A stretch of 64,000 nucleotides of DNA. It comes from Patescibacteria group bacterium (GTDB lineage: Bacteria; Patescibacteriota; Minisyncoccia; 2-02-FULL-40-12; GWA2-44-9). Below the pieces are notes generated by a model that searched no databases, was not told the DNA's origin, and saw only the letters and a list, made by a program, of their open reading frames with translations. The position numbers and the translations under genes are program-made. The stretch covers positions 15,350-79,349 of the forward strand of contig JBBTYA010000004.1 of NCBI GenBank assembly GCA_038061995.1, in the 5' to 3' direction. Below are positions 47,986-58,549 of the stretch, piece by piece (position 1 is the stretch's first letter; each line of letters starts with the position of its first letter).

Positions 47986-48840
47986 ATGCCCCAAGAGAAG
48001 CCGCATATCCTCGTCATTGTTGGCCCCACCGCATCAGGGAAATCTGATCTCGCCATTGCGCTTGCTCGCGAACTGTATGGCGAGATCATTTCCGCAGACT
48101 CGCGCCAGGTATATCGCAGCATGGATATCGGCACAGGAAAAGTAACCAAGCGTGAACAAAAACTCGCGCGACACTGGCTGCTCGATGTTGCCTCCCCTAC
48201 GCGCCAATACACAGTGGCACATTTTGTGCGCGATGCTACAAAAGCAATTCGCGACATCACTAAGCGTGGCAAGCTCCCCATCATTTGCGGTGGAACTGCC
48301 TTTTGGATCGATGCGCTCGTCTACGGGCAATCTATCCCCGACGTGAAACCAGATCCAAAACTACGCGCCAGGCTTCAAAAACTTTCAGCTTCCCAACTTT
48401 TTGCAAAACTGCAGAAGCTTGACCCTGCACGCGCCAACTCCATTGATCGCCATAACCCCGTACGCCTTATTCGCGCACTTGAGATTGTTATGACCACGGG
48501 AAAGCCCGTACCCCAGCAAAAGAGCGAGCCACGCTATAACGCGCATTGGATTGGCGTATCTCGAGCACAAGAAGAACTAAAGGCACGTATTGAAAAACGC
48601 CTGGACGCGCGACTCCGCCACGGCATGATTGCCGAAATAAAAAAACTACACACCAACGGCGTAAGCTGGAAAAAGCTGGAATCCTTTGGACTTGAGTACC
48701 GCTGGATTGCGCGCTTTCTGCAAAAGAAAATCACGCGCACCGAAATGCGCACCGCGCTTCTCCACGACATCATTGCCTACGCCAAGCGCCAGCTCACCTG
48801 GTGGCGAAAGAATAAAGAGATACGGTGGGTGAAAAACTAA
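47986..48840 (+). CDS. miaA: tRNA dimethylallyltransferase
   Basis: P-loop GPTASGKS, DSRQVYR. Confidence 0.9.
   Translation: MPQEKPHILVIVGPTASGKSDLAIALARELYGEIISADSRQVYRSMDIGTGKVTKREQKLARHWLLDVASPTRQYTVAHFVRDATKAIRDITKRGKLPIICGGTAFWIDALVYGQSIPDVKPDPKLRARLQKLSASQLFAKLQKLDPARANSIDRHNPVRLIRALEIVMTTGKPVPQQKSEPRYNAHWIGVSRAQEELKARIEKRLDARLRHGMIAEIKKLHTNGVSWKKLESFGLEYRWIARFLQKKITRTEMRTALLHDIIAYAKRQLTWWRKNKEIRWVKN
48787..48828 (+). repeat. direct repeat copy 1 (miaA 3' end)
   Basis: cgccagctcacctggtggcgaaagaataaagagatacggtgg. Confidence 0.7.
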
Positions 48841-48879
48841 AACGAGACTACTGGTCTCGTTTTAGTTTTATGAGCGAAG

Positions 48880-49269
48880 CTAGAATGCTGCAAGCTTTGC
48901 CTTCATAAGATCTGGCGCAAATGAACCACCCGTATGGTTGCCGCTTGGCCAAAGAAAATTCATAAGCACTTTTGCCTCCTCATCAGAGAGCCTCGGCGTT
49001 GGGCCGAACGCTAATGAGAGTGAATATGCCGTGAGTTCATACCCAGTAAGATCACGCCCGAGCTTCTCCTTCAGTAAAGCTAGGCCACTGCTCCAATGGT
49101 TCCAGTGGGATTTTCCATCTTCGTCTTCACCTGCATACCAACCCGGCTCAAAATGGCTATAAAACCCCTCTAATTCATCCAGCGCTGACACGATATCGGG
49201 GATCTTCTCTCGAATACTCTCTGCGATACTTTCTTTTGTCTCGTTGTTAATTGGGTTCTCTATACTCAT
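48880..49269 (-). CDS. hypothetical acidic protein carried on a repeat-bracketed insert
   Basis: 129-aa ORF; bracketed by about 45-bp direct repeats. Confidence 0.4.
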   Translation of the reverse strand: MSIENPINNETKESIAESIREKIPDIVSALDELEGFYSHFEPGWYAGEDEDGKSHWNHWSSGLALLKEKLGRDLTGYELTAYSLSLAFGPTPRLSDEEAKVLMNFLWPSGNHTGGSFAPDLMKAKLAAF

Positions 49270-49320
49270 CCCCCCACTCTACCCCCCCCTCCAGATTTTC
49301 AAGGTTGGATAATCCACAGG

Positions 49321-49362
49321 CGCCAACTCACCTGGTGGCGGAGGAATAAAGAGATACGGTGG
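49321..49362 (+). repeat. direct repeat copy 2 (pseudo-copy of miaA 3' end)
   Basis: cgccaactcacctggtggcggaggaataaagagatacggtgg; 39 of 42 identical to copy 1. Confidence 0.7.
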
Positions 49363-49422
49363 ATTACGCCACCGCGGTAGGAACGTTGCGAAAGAATGGC
49401 AATGACGCGCCCACTTTTCTTT

Positions 49423-50910
49423 CTATTGAAGCGCTTTGAGAATCAGCTCTTGAGCAACTTGTGGGTTTGCTTTCCCTTTTGATGCGGCCATGACTTTACC
49501 CACAAGGAATTTGAGAGGCGCCTCTTTCCCGGCACGGTAGTCGGCAACTGCTTTTTCATTTTCTGCGAGCACTTTTTGCACGATCTCCAATAGCGTGCTG
49601 GAGTCAGAAACCTGCGCGAGATCTTTTTCACGAATCACATCCTCAGGAGACGTGCGTGATACGAACATGCCAGCGATGAGAGCTTGCGCACCCGACGAAG
49701 AAACTTCTCCGTGGAACACGCGAACAATTGCATCAGCAAAATGTTCTGGAGAAATAGGACATTGCGAAATTGCCAACCCAGTGGCATCAAGGTGGCGCGC
49801 GAGCTCTGTCATGAGGTAGTTCGAAGCAAGCTTATATAAACGCGGCACATGCTCTACGCTCGGACGGTCTAAGTGCGAAAGCTTTTCAAATGAGCCAAGC
49901 TCGCTCGCGACGTGTTCAAAATAGTCACCGAGCGAGCGGTTTATAGTCATCACCTCAATATCGTGCTCAGGAAGAGCATATTCCTTTGCAAAACGAGCGC
50001 GGCGCTCTGCGGGGAGCTCTGGGACGCGTATCTGCACATCAGCAAGCCATTCCGGCGTAAGCACGATAGGAGGCAAATCCGGCTCTGGGAAGTAGCGATA
50101 ATCCGCGGCACCTTCTTTAATGCGCTGTGAAACAGTTAATCCCTGCATCTCGTCCCATCCACGCGTTTCTTGAATCACGCGCTCGCCAGAGCGGAGCACA
50201 TTCGCTTGGCGCTCCATTTCATAGACCGCCGCGCGTCCAGCGGCGTTAATTGAATTAATATTCTTTACCTCAACCTTTGTTCCGGTGCCCGGCGCGTCGC
50301 TTGGAGCCATGGAGATGTTTACCTCAACGCGCATCTGCCCCTTCTCCATGTCGGCATCTGAAACACCCGCGTAGCGCAAGATGAGGCGAAGCTCTTCTGC
50401 AAATGCCACAACCTCTTCTGCAGAGGTAAAATCTGGCTTCGTCACCAACTCCATGAGTGGCACGCCAGCACGGTTAAAGTCGAGAAGCGTGTCGCTTCCA
50501 TCGGCACTGTGATATGAGCGACCCACATCTTCTTCGAGATGGATGCGTTCAATGCGAATTGTCTTTGACTTTCCTTCTGCATCAGAAATAGTGAGTATTC
50601 CATCTTTACAGAATGGACGCTGGTATTGGGTAATCTGGTATCCCTTGGGAAGGTCGGGGTAGAAATAGTTCTTGCGCTCAAAAAACGTTTCGGGATCAAT
50701 CGTGCACCCCAGCGACATACCTGCGAGCACCACCTTGCGGATAGCTTCCTCGTTTGCAACCGGAAGCGTGCCCGGATGCCCCATACAGATGGGACAAATG
50801 TTTGTGTTCGGGCGCTTCTCGTCCGGATCGTTCAAAGACGCGCAGAACATCTTCGTGCGCGTCTTGAGCTCGACGTGAATCTCAAGGCCAATAGTAGGCG
50901 TATATTCCAT
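49423..50910 (-). CDS. gatB: Asp/Glu-tRNA amidotransferase subunit B
   Basis: MEYTPTIGLEIHVEL N-terminus, GatB/YqeY C-terminal domain; start trimmed to the internal Met. Confidence 0.9.
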   Translation of the reverse strand: MEYTPTIGLEIHVELKTRTKMFCASLNDPDEKRPNTNICPICMGHPGTLPVANEEAIRKVVLAGMSLGCTIDPETFFERKNYFYPDLPKGYQITQYQRPFCKDGILTISDAEGKSKTIRIERIHLEEDVGRSYHSADGSDTLLDFNRAGVPLMELVTKPDFTSAEEVVAFAEELRLILRYAGVSDADMEKGQMRVEVNISMAPSDAPGTGTKVEVKNINSINAAGRAAVYEMERQANVLRSGERVIQETRGWDEMQGLTVSQRIKEGAADYRYFPEPDLPPIVLTPEWLADVQIRVPELPAERRARFAKEYALPEHDIEVMTINRSLGDYFEHVASELGSFEKLSHLDRPSVEHVPRLYKLASNYLMTELARHLDATGLAISQCPISPEHFADAIVRVFHGEVSSSGAQALIAGMFVSRTSPEDVIREKDLAQVSDSSTLLEIVQKVLAENEKAVADYRAGKEAPLKFLVGKVMAASKGKANPQVAQELILKALQ

Positions 50911-50935
50911 ACGAATACCCAACGGTAGCATGTTT
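50907..50935 (+). repeat. direct repeat copy 1 spanning the gatB start
   Basis: ccatacgaatacccaacggtagcatgttt. Confidence 0.7.
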
Positions 50936-51008
50936 TTTCGCCCTATAAAAGGGTCCTTGACAATAAAAAGAATTTGCGTCAGCCTCTACCCGAAGGAGGC
51001 CTAGGCCA

Positions 51009-51386
51009 ATGTTCAGCACTCACGTAAGCGACATCGTGCTCGTGGTCATCAAGCCAGATCACCCACGCTTCGGGCAGCTTGCCGCGTGCCTCTCGCACGA
51101 CTGGCGAGAAGACGGGCAACTGCAAGCGAAATTCGCAGACGGAACGATGGAGCTGTTCTACGACGGTGAGGCGGGGGGTGCGCCACGGATTACCGAGGCG
51201 TGGCGGTTTAAGCGGGAGGACCAAGACCTCATACTCAAGGTCCTCTTCCGTCTCCATTCCGTCCAAGGGCAGCTTCAGAAGCTCGCGACGACCGTCAACG
51301 ACCTCACTCTGCCGCACGACATACGCTACATGGCGAAGCTCGAGTTCGACCGGGTGGCGGTCCTGCCGGAGTGGCTCCAGAAGTAG
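51009..51386 (+). CDS. hypothetical protein (GC-rich, strong SD) on a repeat-bracketed insert
   Basis: 125-aa ORF, SD GAAGGAGG; GC3-rich codons. Confidence 0.45.
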   Translation: MFSTHVSDIVLVVIKPDHPRFGQLAACLSHDWREDGQLQAKFADGTMELFYDGEAGGAPRITEAWRFKREDQDLILKVLFRLHSVQGQLQKLATTVNDLTLPHDIRYMAKLEFDRVAVLPEWLQK

Positions 51387-51450
51387 AAGCTCAGGGGCAC
51401 CAACGCGCGCATCGCGCGCTGGTGCCTTCTCTTTTCATATACTACAACTA

Positions 51451-51479
51451 CCATACGGATACCCAACGGTAGCATGTTT
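51451..51479 (+). repeat. direct repeat copy 2
   Basis: ccatacggatacccaacggtagcatgttt; 28 of 29 identical to copy 1. Confidence 0.7.
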
Positions 51480-51485
51480 CGTAAG

Positions 51486-51522
51486 CAAAAAAAAGCGCCC
51501 CCAGACTCGAGAGTCTGAGGGC
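51486..51522 (-). terminator. rho-independent terminator after tmk
   Basis: CCCTCAGACTC-TCGA-GAGTCTGGGGG followed on the minus strand by CGCTTTTTTTTGC. Confidence 0.7.
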
Positions 51523-51533
51523 CGTTCTTCCGT

Positions 51534-52178
51534 CTACGTCGCATATTGCGCAGAGAACTTGTGGTGTACGCGAGCGAGAATCTCGTGGTGGATTTCCTCG
51601 ACGCTTTTCATTCCGTCATCAACGATGACGGTGCAGTTCGGAGAGCAAGTGATCCACTCCCTGAACCCTTCGTGCACGCGATGGTGGAACGCAAGCTCCT
51701 CCTGCTCAAGGCGGTCCAGCTTACCACCGCGCGCAATCGCGCGACGCATGCCTTCTTCAGGATCGATCAGAATGACGATCTGGAGATCAGGCATCAGCCC
51801 GCCAGTCGCAAGCTTGATCGCCTGCATTCGCACAGCGCGATCACTCATGCCCCGAGCGATAAGCTGATAGGCAAACGTGGAGCCGACGTAGCGATCGCTC
51901 ACCACCCAGTCACCACGCCGGAGCGCTGGCTGCACGATCTCGCGAACGTGTTGGGCCCTGTCAGCAAGGAAGAGAAAGAACTCGGCGTCGGGATACAGTA
52001 TGGTGTCCCGCGGAGCAAGTAACACCTCGCGAACTCCTCGGCCAACCGCGGTCCTCGCACCTGGCTCTTTCGTGAGCACGACGTTACGCCCGTAAAAACC
52101 CGGGAGAACCGAGGCGAGGCGACGCGCTTGAGTGGTCTTGCCAGATCCCTCCATCCCTTCGAATGTGATAAACGGCAT
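51534..52178 (-). CDS. tmk: thymidylate kinase
   Basis: FEGMEGSGKTT P-loop, DRY motif. Confidence 0.85.
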   Translation of the reverse strand: MPFITFEGMEGSGKTTQARRLASVLPGFYGRNVVLTKEPGARTAVGRGVREVLLAPRDTILYPDAEFFLFLADRAQHVREIVQPALRRGDWVVSDRYVGSTFAYQLIARGMSDRAVRMQAIKLATGGLMPDLQIVILIDPEEGMRRAIARGGKLDRLEQEELAFHHRVHEGFREWITCSPNCTVIVDDGMKSVEEIHHEILARVHHKFSAQYAT

Positions 52179-52253
52179 GCGCGCCTCCCCTGTAAAGAAC
52201 GACGCCCCTCTGGGCGTCGTTCAGTCTAATTGAGATGTGAGAAGAAGGCAACT

Positions 52254-52676
52254 CTACTTCACTTCGATACCCATTGAGCGGGCGGTGCCTTCCATGATCT
52301 TCATTGCGGCCTCTACATCATTTGCGTTGAGATCCTGCATCTTTTTCTCTGCGATCTCGCGCACTTGAGCTTTCGTGACAGAGCCCACTTTTTTCTTGTT
52401 CGGCTCGCCTGAACCCTTTTCGAGACCCGCTGCTACTTGGAGCAGGTATGCTGCTGGCGGAGTTTTAAACTCAAGAGAGAATGAGCGGTCGTCATAGATG
52501 GTTACGATCACTGGCGTCACCTCACCTGGGCGATCTTTCGTTGCATCATTAAACTGCAAAACGAATTGCTGTAAGTTGATACCCGTTGGACCGAGTGCCG
52601 TACCTACTGGAGGTGCTGGCGTTGCGCGGCCACCGGGGATCTGAAGTTTTGCGACTGCTTTGATATTCTTTGCCAT
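52254..52676 (-). CDS. rplK: 50S ribosomal protein L11
   Basis: [26 protein letters not shown]. Confidence 0.9.
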   Translation of the reverse strand: MAKNIKAVAKLQIPGGRATPAPPVGTALGPTGINLQQFVLQFNDATKDRPGEVTPVIVTIYDDRSFSLEFKTPPAAYLLQVAAGLEKGSGEPNKKKVGSVTKAQVREIAEKKMQDLNANDVEAAMKIMEGTARSMGIEVK

Positions 52677-52739
52677 GTATACGTGCTTTGCGCGGGAGAA
52701 GCATCACCGCACCAAAGCGATAAGCCAAACGAGTATATA

Positions 52740-53285
52740 CTACAACTTCTTCATCTGCAAGAAGTCAAGCTCCACGGGCGTTTCGCGACCAAAGATCGTG
52801 ACCAATACTTTGACGCGACCACGCTCTGGATCAACCTCTGCAATTTTACCATCGAAGTCTTTGAAGGGGCCGTCGGTAATCTTTACGCGCTCCCCAACCG
52901 CGATGTCTACCTGGTACGAAGGCTCCTTTGCGCCAGAGCGAGCGAGGAGGTCGTTCACTTCCGATGCAGAGAGCGGCGTTGGCACCGTGCCAGCACCGAT
53001 AAACCCAGTCACGTTTGGCGTGTTGCGCACCACGTACCACGATGCATCATTCACGAGCATCTCCACAAGCACATAGCCTGGGAAGATCTTTTCTTCGATC
53101 GTTTCGCGCTTGCCGTTACGAATGCGAATCTTTTTCTCTTTTGGAACAAGAATATTAAAAATCTGATCTTCAAAACCCAGCGTTTCTACGCGCTGCTTTA
53201 AACTGCGACAGACGTTATCTTCGTAGCCAGAGTAGGTGTGAATGGCGTACCAGCGACGCTCTTCAATGTTTGCTTGCTTTGCCAT
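52740..53285 (-). CDS. nusG: transcription termination/antitermination factor NusG
   Basis: NGN domain WYAIHTYSGYE, KOW motif at the C-terminus. Confidence 0.9.
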   Translation of the reverse strand: MAKQANIEERRWYAIHTYSGYEDNVCRSLKQRVETLGFEDQIFNILVPKEKKIRIRNGKRETIEEKIFPGYVLVEMLVNDASWYVVRNTPNVTGFIGAGTVPTPLSASEVNDLLARSGAKEPSYQVDIAVGERVKITDGPFKDFDGKIAEVDPERGRVKVLVTIFGRETPVELDFLQMKKL

Positions 53286-53288
53286 AGG

Positions 53289-53462
53289 TTAAGAAACAAT
53301 AAGCGTGAGGATGTACGCAAAAAGCGCATCCAAAACACCAAGATAGGCAGCCATAACGACGGTAATCGCGACGACAACACCCGTATAGCGGATGACTTGG
53401 GAACGGTTTGGCCAACTTACTTTTGCTAACTCTGTGCGTACTTCTTGTAAAAAGGTAGTCAT
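53289..53462 (-). CDS. secE: preprotein translocase subunit SecE (57 aa; not in the supplied ORF track)
   Basis: Hand translation: MTTFLQEVRTELAKVSWPNRSQVIRYTGVVVAITVVMAAYLGVLDALFAYILTLIVS; single TM; canonical position upstream of nusG. Confidence 0.65.
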   Translation of the reverse strand: MTTFLQEVRTELAKVSWPNRSQVIRYTGVVVAITVVMAAYLGVLDALFAYILTLIVS

Positions 53463-53465
53463 GTC

Positions 53466-53495
53466 GTGGTAGAGAAAAACGCCCGGGGGCGCTTA
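53466..53495 (-). terminator. rho-independent terminator after gyrB
   Basis: CGCCCCCGGGCG hairpin followed on the minus strand by TTTTTCTCT. Confidence 0.6.
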
Positions 53496-53540
53496 CAGAC
53501 AGTAACGATAGCACGTCTGTAAGCGAACGTCAATTCCCTT

Positions 53541-55619
<2,079 letters not shown>

Positions 55620-55665
55620 CTACGCCAATAACAAGCGATATTCAACCCTTGCCAGTGCCCAAAAA

Positions 55666-56877
55666 CTACCGCATATCTGCCTTAAAAAGGCTCGCCGTTT
55701 CAGCGTAGATTTTTGCCTGAATGGGGTCAATTTCCTCCGTGGTAAGCGTGCGCTCATTACTACGATACACAATGCGGTAGGTGTAGCTCCGACGATCGGC
55801 GCCAAACTTCTCTGCGTTCTCGTAGGTGTCGAGGAGTTTCACTTCTTCAACGAGATCACCACCGAGATCACGAATAACGTCAAAATAATTATTAGGAATA
55901 AAATCATTCTGTACCACAAATGAGATGTCGCGAGTAATCGGTGGGAATTTACTCACAGGCACAAAGGTGTGGCCAAGCTGTAACTGTGACTTCACGCGCG
56001 GATCCGTAGACCACAAGAGTCGGATGTCGGGAAGCGCCATACTAATAATCGCAAGACGCTCCAAGCCAAACCCGAACGCCCATCCCGTGTACACGTTTGG
56101 GTCAACATCGAGCTTCTCTAAGACGCTTGGGTGCACAATGCCTCCGCCAAGTACCTCGATCCAGCGATCGCCGACTTTTACTTCCATCTCTAAGCTTGGA
56201 TGTGTGTACGGGAACGTATCTTCATTGAAACGATATTCGATCTCGCCACCGTAGAGTCCCTTGGCCACTTCAACGAGCGCTTCTTCCAAATCTGCGCGAG
56301 AGAGATCTTTCTGCGCCTTGGGTACCATGTACAGTCCGTCCATCTGATGGAAGATGTTCATGTGATTGCGATCGATTTCGTCCTTGCGATACACCTTCCC
56401 GTGCGAGAACACGCCGAACGCTTCGTTCTTGGCGATACGTTCACGCACTACGTCAGACGCAAAATAGTAGTACCACATCACTGTAGTGTGCGTGCGCAGA
56501 ATATGGGTATCCGTTACGTAGTAGGTGTCCGAGCGACTCCGTGCGGGATGATTTTCGGGAAAGTTAAAGAGGTCAAAACTAATATCCGCACGTACAACTT
56601 CTGGGACTTCAATGCGGTCAAAGCCTTGAAAGTAGGGGCGTGCCACGATGCGGTTCACTAGCTCTGCGATAGGGCTTTCAGGCGTACGCGAAAGATCCGG
56701 CATGCCTAAGTAGCGCTTGAGACGCTCCCCGTCCGCGTCGCTTCGTGTTTGTAAATCGGTACGTAGCTTCTGTTCCTCGGAACGATCTATCTGAATGTCT
56801 ACGCCTTGGGTGCGAGTGATAAGTAATGACATACGTGTAATATGTGCGAGTGTAGCACAGCACAAAACGCTCTGCAT
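55666..56877 (-). CDS. pheS: phenylalanine--tRNA ligase alpha subunit
   Basis: Class II core motifs (FRFNEDTFPYTHP..., GFGLERLAII). Confidence 0.9.
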   Translation of the reverse strand: MQSVLCCATLAHITRMSLLITRTQGVDIQIDRSEEQKLRTDLQTRSDADGERLKRYLGMPDLSRTPESPIAELVNRIVARPYFQGFDRIEVPEVVRADISFDLFNFPENHPARSRSDTYYVTDTHILRTHTTVMWYYYFASDVVRERIAKNEAFGVFSHGKVYRKDEIDRNHMNIFHQMDGLYMVPKAQKDLSRADLEEALVEVAKGLYGGEIEYRFNEDTFPYTHPSLEMEVKVGDRWIEVLGGGIVHPSVLEKLDVDPNVYTGWAFGFGLERLAIISMALPDIRLLWSTDPRVKSQLQLGHTFVPVSKFPPITRDISFVVQNDFIPNNYFDVIRDLGGDLVEEVKLLDTYENAEKFGADRRSYTYRIVYRSNERTLTTEEIDPIQAKIYAETASLFKADMR

Positions 56878-56927
56878 CTTGACCTCAACTAGAAAAATTG
56901 GTATTCCTATCCCTTAGAGGAGGCCGC

Positions 56928-57326
56928 ATGCATACCGAGATCAGAGAAGGCGTTCGTCTCTTGGTGATCAACCCGAACATGCCCATGTTCGGCGAGGTGT
57001 TCGTTGTGCGGGTACTGCCACTCGATGGCCCAGAAGTCGCTCTGTGCGTTCGAGAAGGTGCCGGAAGCAACGCCCCGAAGCTACAGTTCTTGTTGCCCAA
57101 CAGCGGGCACTGGCACATGGATGACGTCATGATCGTTTCCGCACACCAGCTGCCGCCTGACGACCGAGCCACTCAAGCGCTCAAGGACGTACGGGCTACA
57201 TTCGTTCCGTGGTGGGAGACGATCCGCGCATACGACCGGTCGCCCGAGACCCTGCAGTCGCGCAAAGCGTACCAGGAACGCATCTTGCAGCAGGTGTGGA
57301 GCTGGTCAGAAAAGAGCGCCTCATGA
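56928..57326 (+). CDS. hypothetical protein (GC-rich accessory, gene 1 of a coupled pair)
   Basis: SD AGAGGAGG; 132 aa. Confidence 0.4.
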   Translation: MHTEIREGVRLLVINPNMPMFGEVFVVRVLPLDGPEVALCVREGAGSNAPKLQFLLPNSGHWHMDDVMIVSAHQLPPDDRATQALKDVRATFVPWWETIRAYDRSPETLQSRKAYQERILQQVWSWSEKSAS

Positions 57327-57676
57327 GCGCCCCACAACAGTTTGGGATCATCACTGATCCCGACAACGAGTTCTTCGGGCAGCCCTGCATGATCACCAGG
57401 GTTACGCCTGCGGGCTGGTGTACGGTGCGAGTCGGAAACCATGAGATGCGCCTGCAGGAGCACACCTGTATCGACGCTCCCGAGGTGCCTCAGGTGATGC
57501 GGGTCGCCTCGCCGGAGAATCGCGCCCTGCCGCTGGAACGGGTGCTCAGCAGCATGCGCGGACCGCTCACTCACTTCGCGGCACGCATTCGGCGCAGCAG
57601 TGATCCCATCGCCGAACGCCAGACAGCGCGCGGCGAGTTCATGAAGATGCTCTTTTCCGCAACTAAGAGTACGTAG
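57323..57676 (+). CDS. hypothetical protein (GC-rich accessory, gene 2)
   Basis: ATGA start/stop overlap with the upstream gene; 117 aa. Confidence 0.4.
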   Translation: MSAPQQFGIITDPDNEFFGQPCMITRVTPAGWCTVRVGNHEMRLQEHTCIDAPEVPQVMRVASPENRALPLERVLSSMRGPLTHFAARIRRSSDPIAERQTARGEFMKMLFSATKST

Positions 57677-57695
57677 CCGAGACGGCAGAAGAAGT

Positions 57696-57728
57696 CCAGC
57701 CCCGCAACGCATCGCGGGGCTTTTTCTT
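57696..57728 (+). terminator. rho-independent terminator
   Basis: GCCCCGCAACGCATCGCGGGGC followed by TTTTTCTTTG. Confidence 0.8.
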
Positions 57729-57747
57729 TGTTCGAAACTAGCTATAA

Positions 57748-57780
57748 AAACAAACATGGCCCGTTGAGAGCCATGTTTGT
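57748..57780 (-). terminator. terminator hairpin after tRNA-Asp
   Basis: ACAAACATGGC...GCCATGTTTGT followed on the minus strand by TTTTTAT. Confidence 0.55.
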
Positions 57781-57786
57781 AATCTG

Positions 57787-57860
57787 CGCGGGCGGCCGGA
57801 TTCGAACCGGTGACCTCTTCCGTGACAGGGAAGCGCTCTAACCAGCTGAGCTACGCCCGC
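57787..57860 (-). tRNA. tRNA-Asp (anticodon GTC)
   Basis: GCGGGCGTAGCTCAGCTGGTTAGAGCGCTTCCCTGTCACGGAAGAGGTCACCGGTTCGAATCCGGCCGCCCGCG. Confidence 0.85.
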
Positions 57861-58004
57861 AATCCTGTAGCCTATATAGGGTACTTGGTTTTAAAACAAA
57901 ATTCAACTTCCCTCAAAAGAAAAGGCCAGCGCCCACCTACACCCCCCCCGCCCTACGAACGCGGGAGAATGCAGATGAAACGCTGGCGGAAACGACCTCG
58001 ACGC

Positions 58005-58472
58005 TCACCTTTCGAGCTCTGGATGCCATAGAAAGTAATCGATCTCTCGTTCACCATCCATGGTTATTGAGTGCTCACGTGGCACGCCTTCGGCGCTCAT
58101 GTTACTCACGGCTCGATCTTCGCCGACCACGAAACCAATGTGGCTGTGACGAGATCCATCTTGGTAGGGACGCTCCTTCCACACAATCACGCTTCCTACG
58201 CGTGGAGTGTCGCTGCGCTCCCACCCAGAAGCTTGAAGATCGCGAACTGTGCCGGAAACGGTTGCGTGCCGGTCTTTCACCAGCCCCCACAAAAGGAGGA
58301 CCGATGACACGAAAGTTGCACACGCGAGATTGCCATCATCGGCGATGTCTCGCGTTTCTCCATCAACCTCAGCGAAAAGGTTCCGGAACATGTGATTCTC
58401 CCCACGGGCCGCGTTGCGGATCATGGCGAGGTAACTTTGGGTACGCAGAAGCTTTACACTCATAGCACGCAT
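58005..58472 (-). CDS. hypothetical protein with CHAP/NlpC-P60-like Cys...His arrangement
   Basis: LACATFV (Cys in a helix) ... GSVIVW ... HIGFVVG pattern of papain-fold amidases; start ambiguous (the ORF call extends to 58574). Confidence 0.3.
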   Translation of the reverse strand: MRAMSVKLLRTQSYLAMIRNAARGENHMFRNLFAEVDGETRDIADDGNLACATFVSSVLLLWGLVKDRHATVSGTVRDLQASGWERSDTPRVGSVIVWKERPYQDGSRHSHIGFVVGEDRAVSNMSAEGVPREHSITMDGEREIDYFLWHPELER

Positions 58473-58549
58473 GGTAGCAGACTTTCCCCTTCTCGCACAA
58501 GAAAACGAAAGGCCCCCGAATTGTTGGGGGCCTGTGGCCGCACGCTCGT

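Noticed and set aside
51326-51544. 72-aa minus-strand ORF containing MLPLGIRM
   Set aside because: It is generated by the duplicated copy of the gatB start region (direct repeat copy 2) and runs into the tmk terminator. Spurious.
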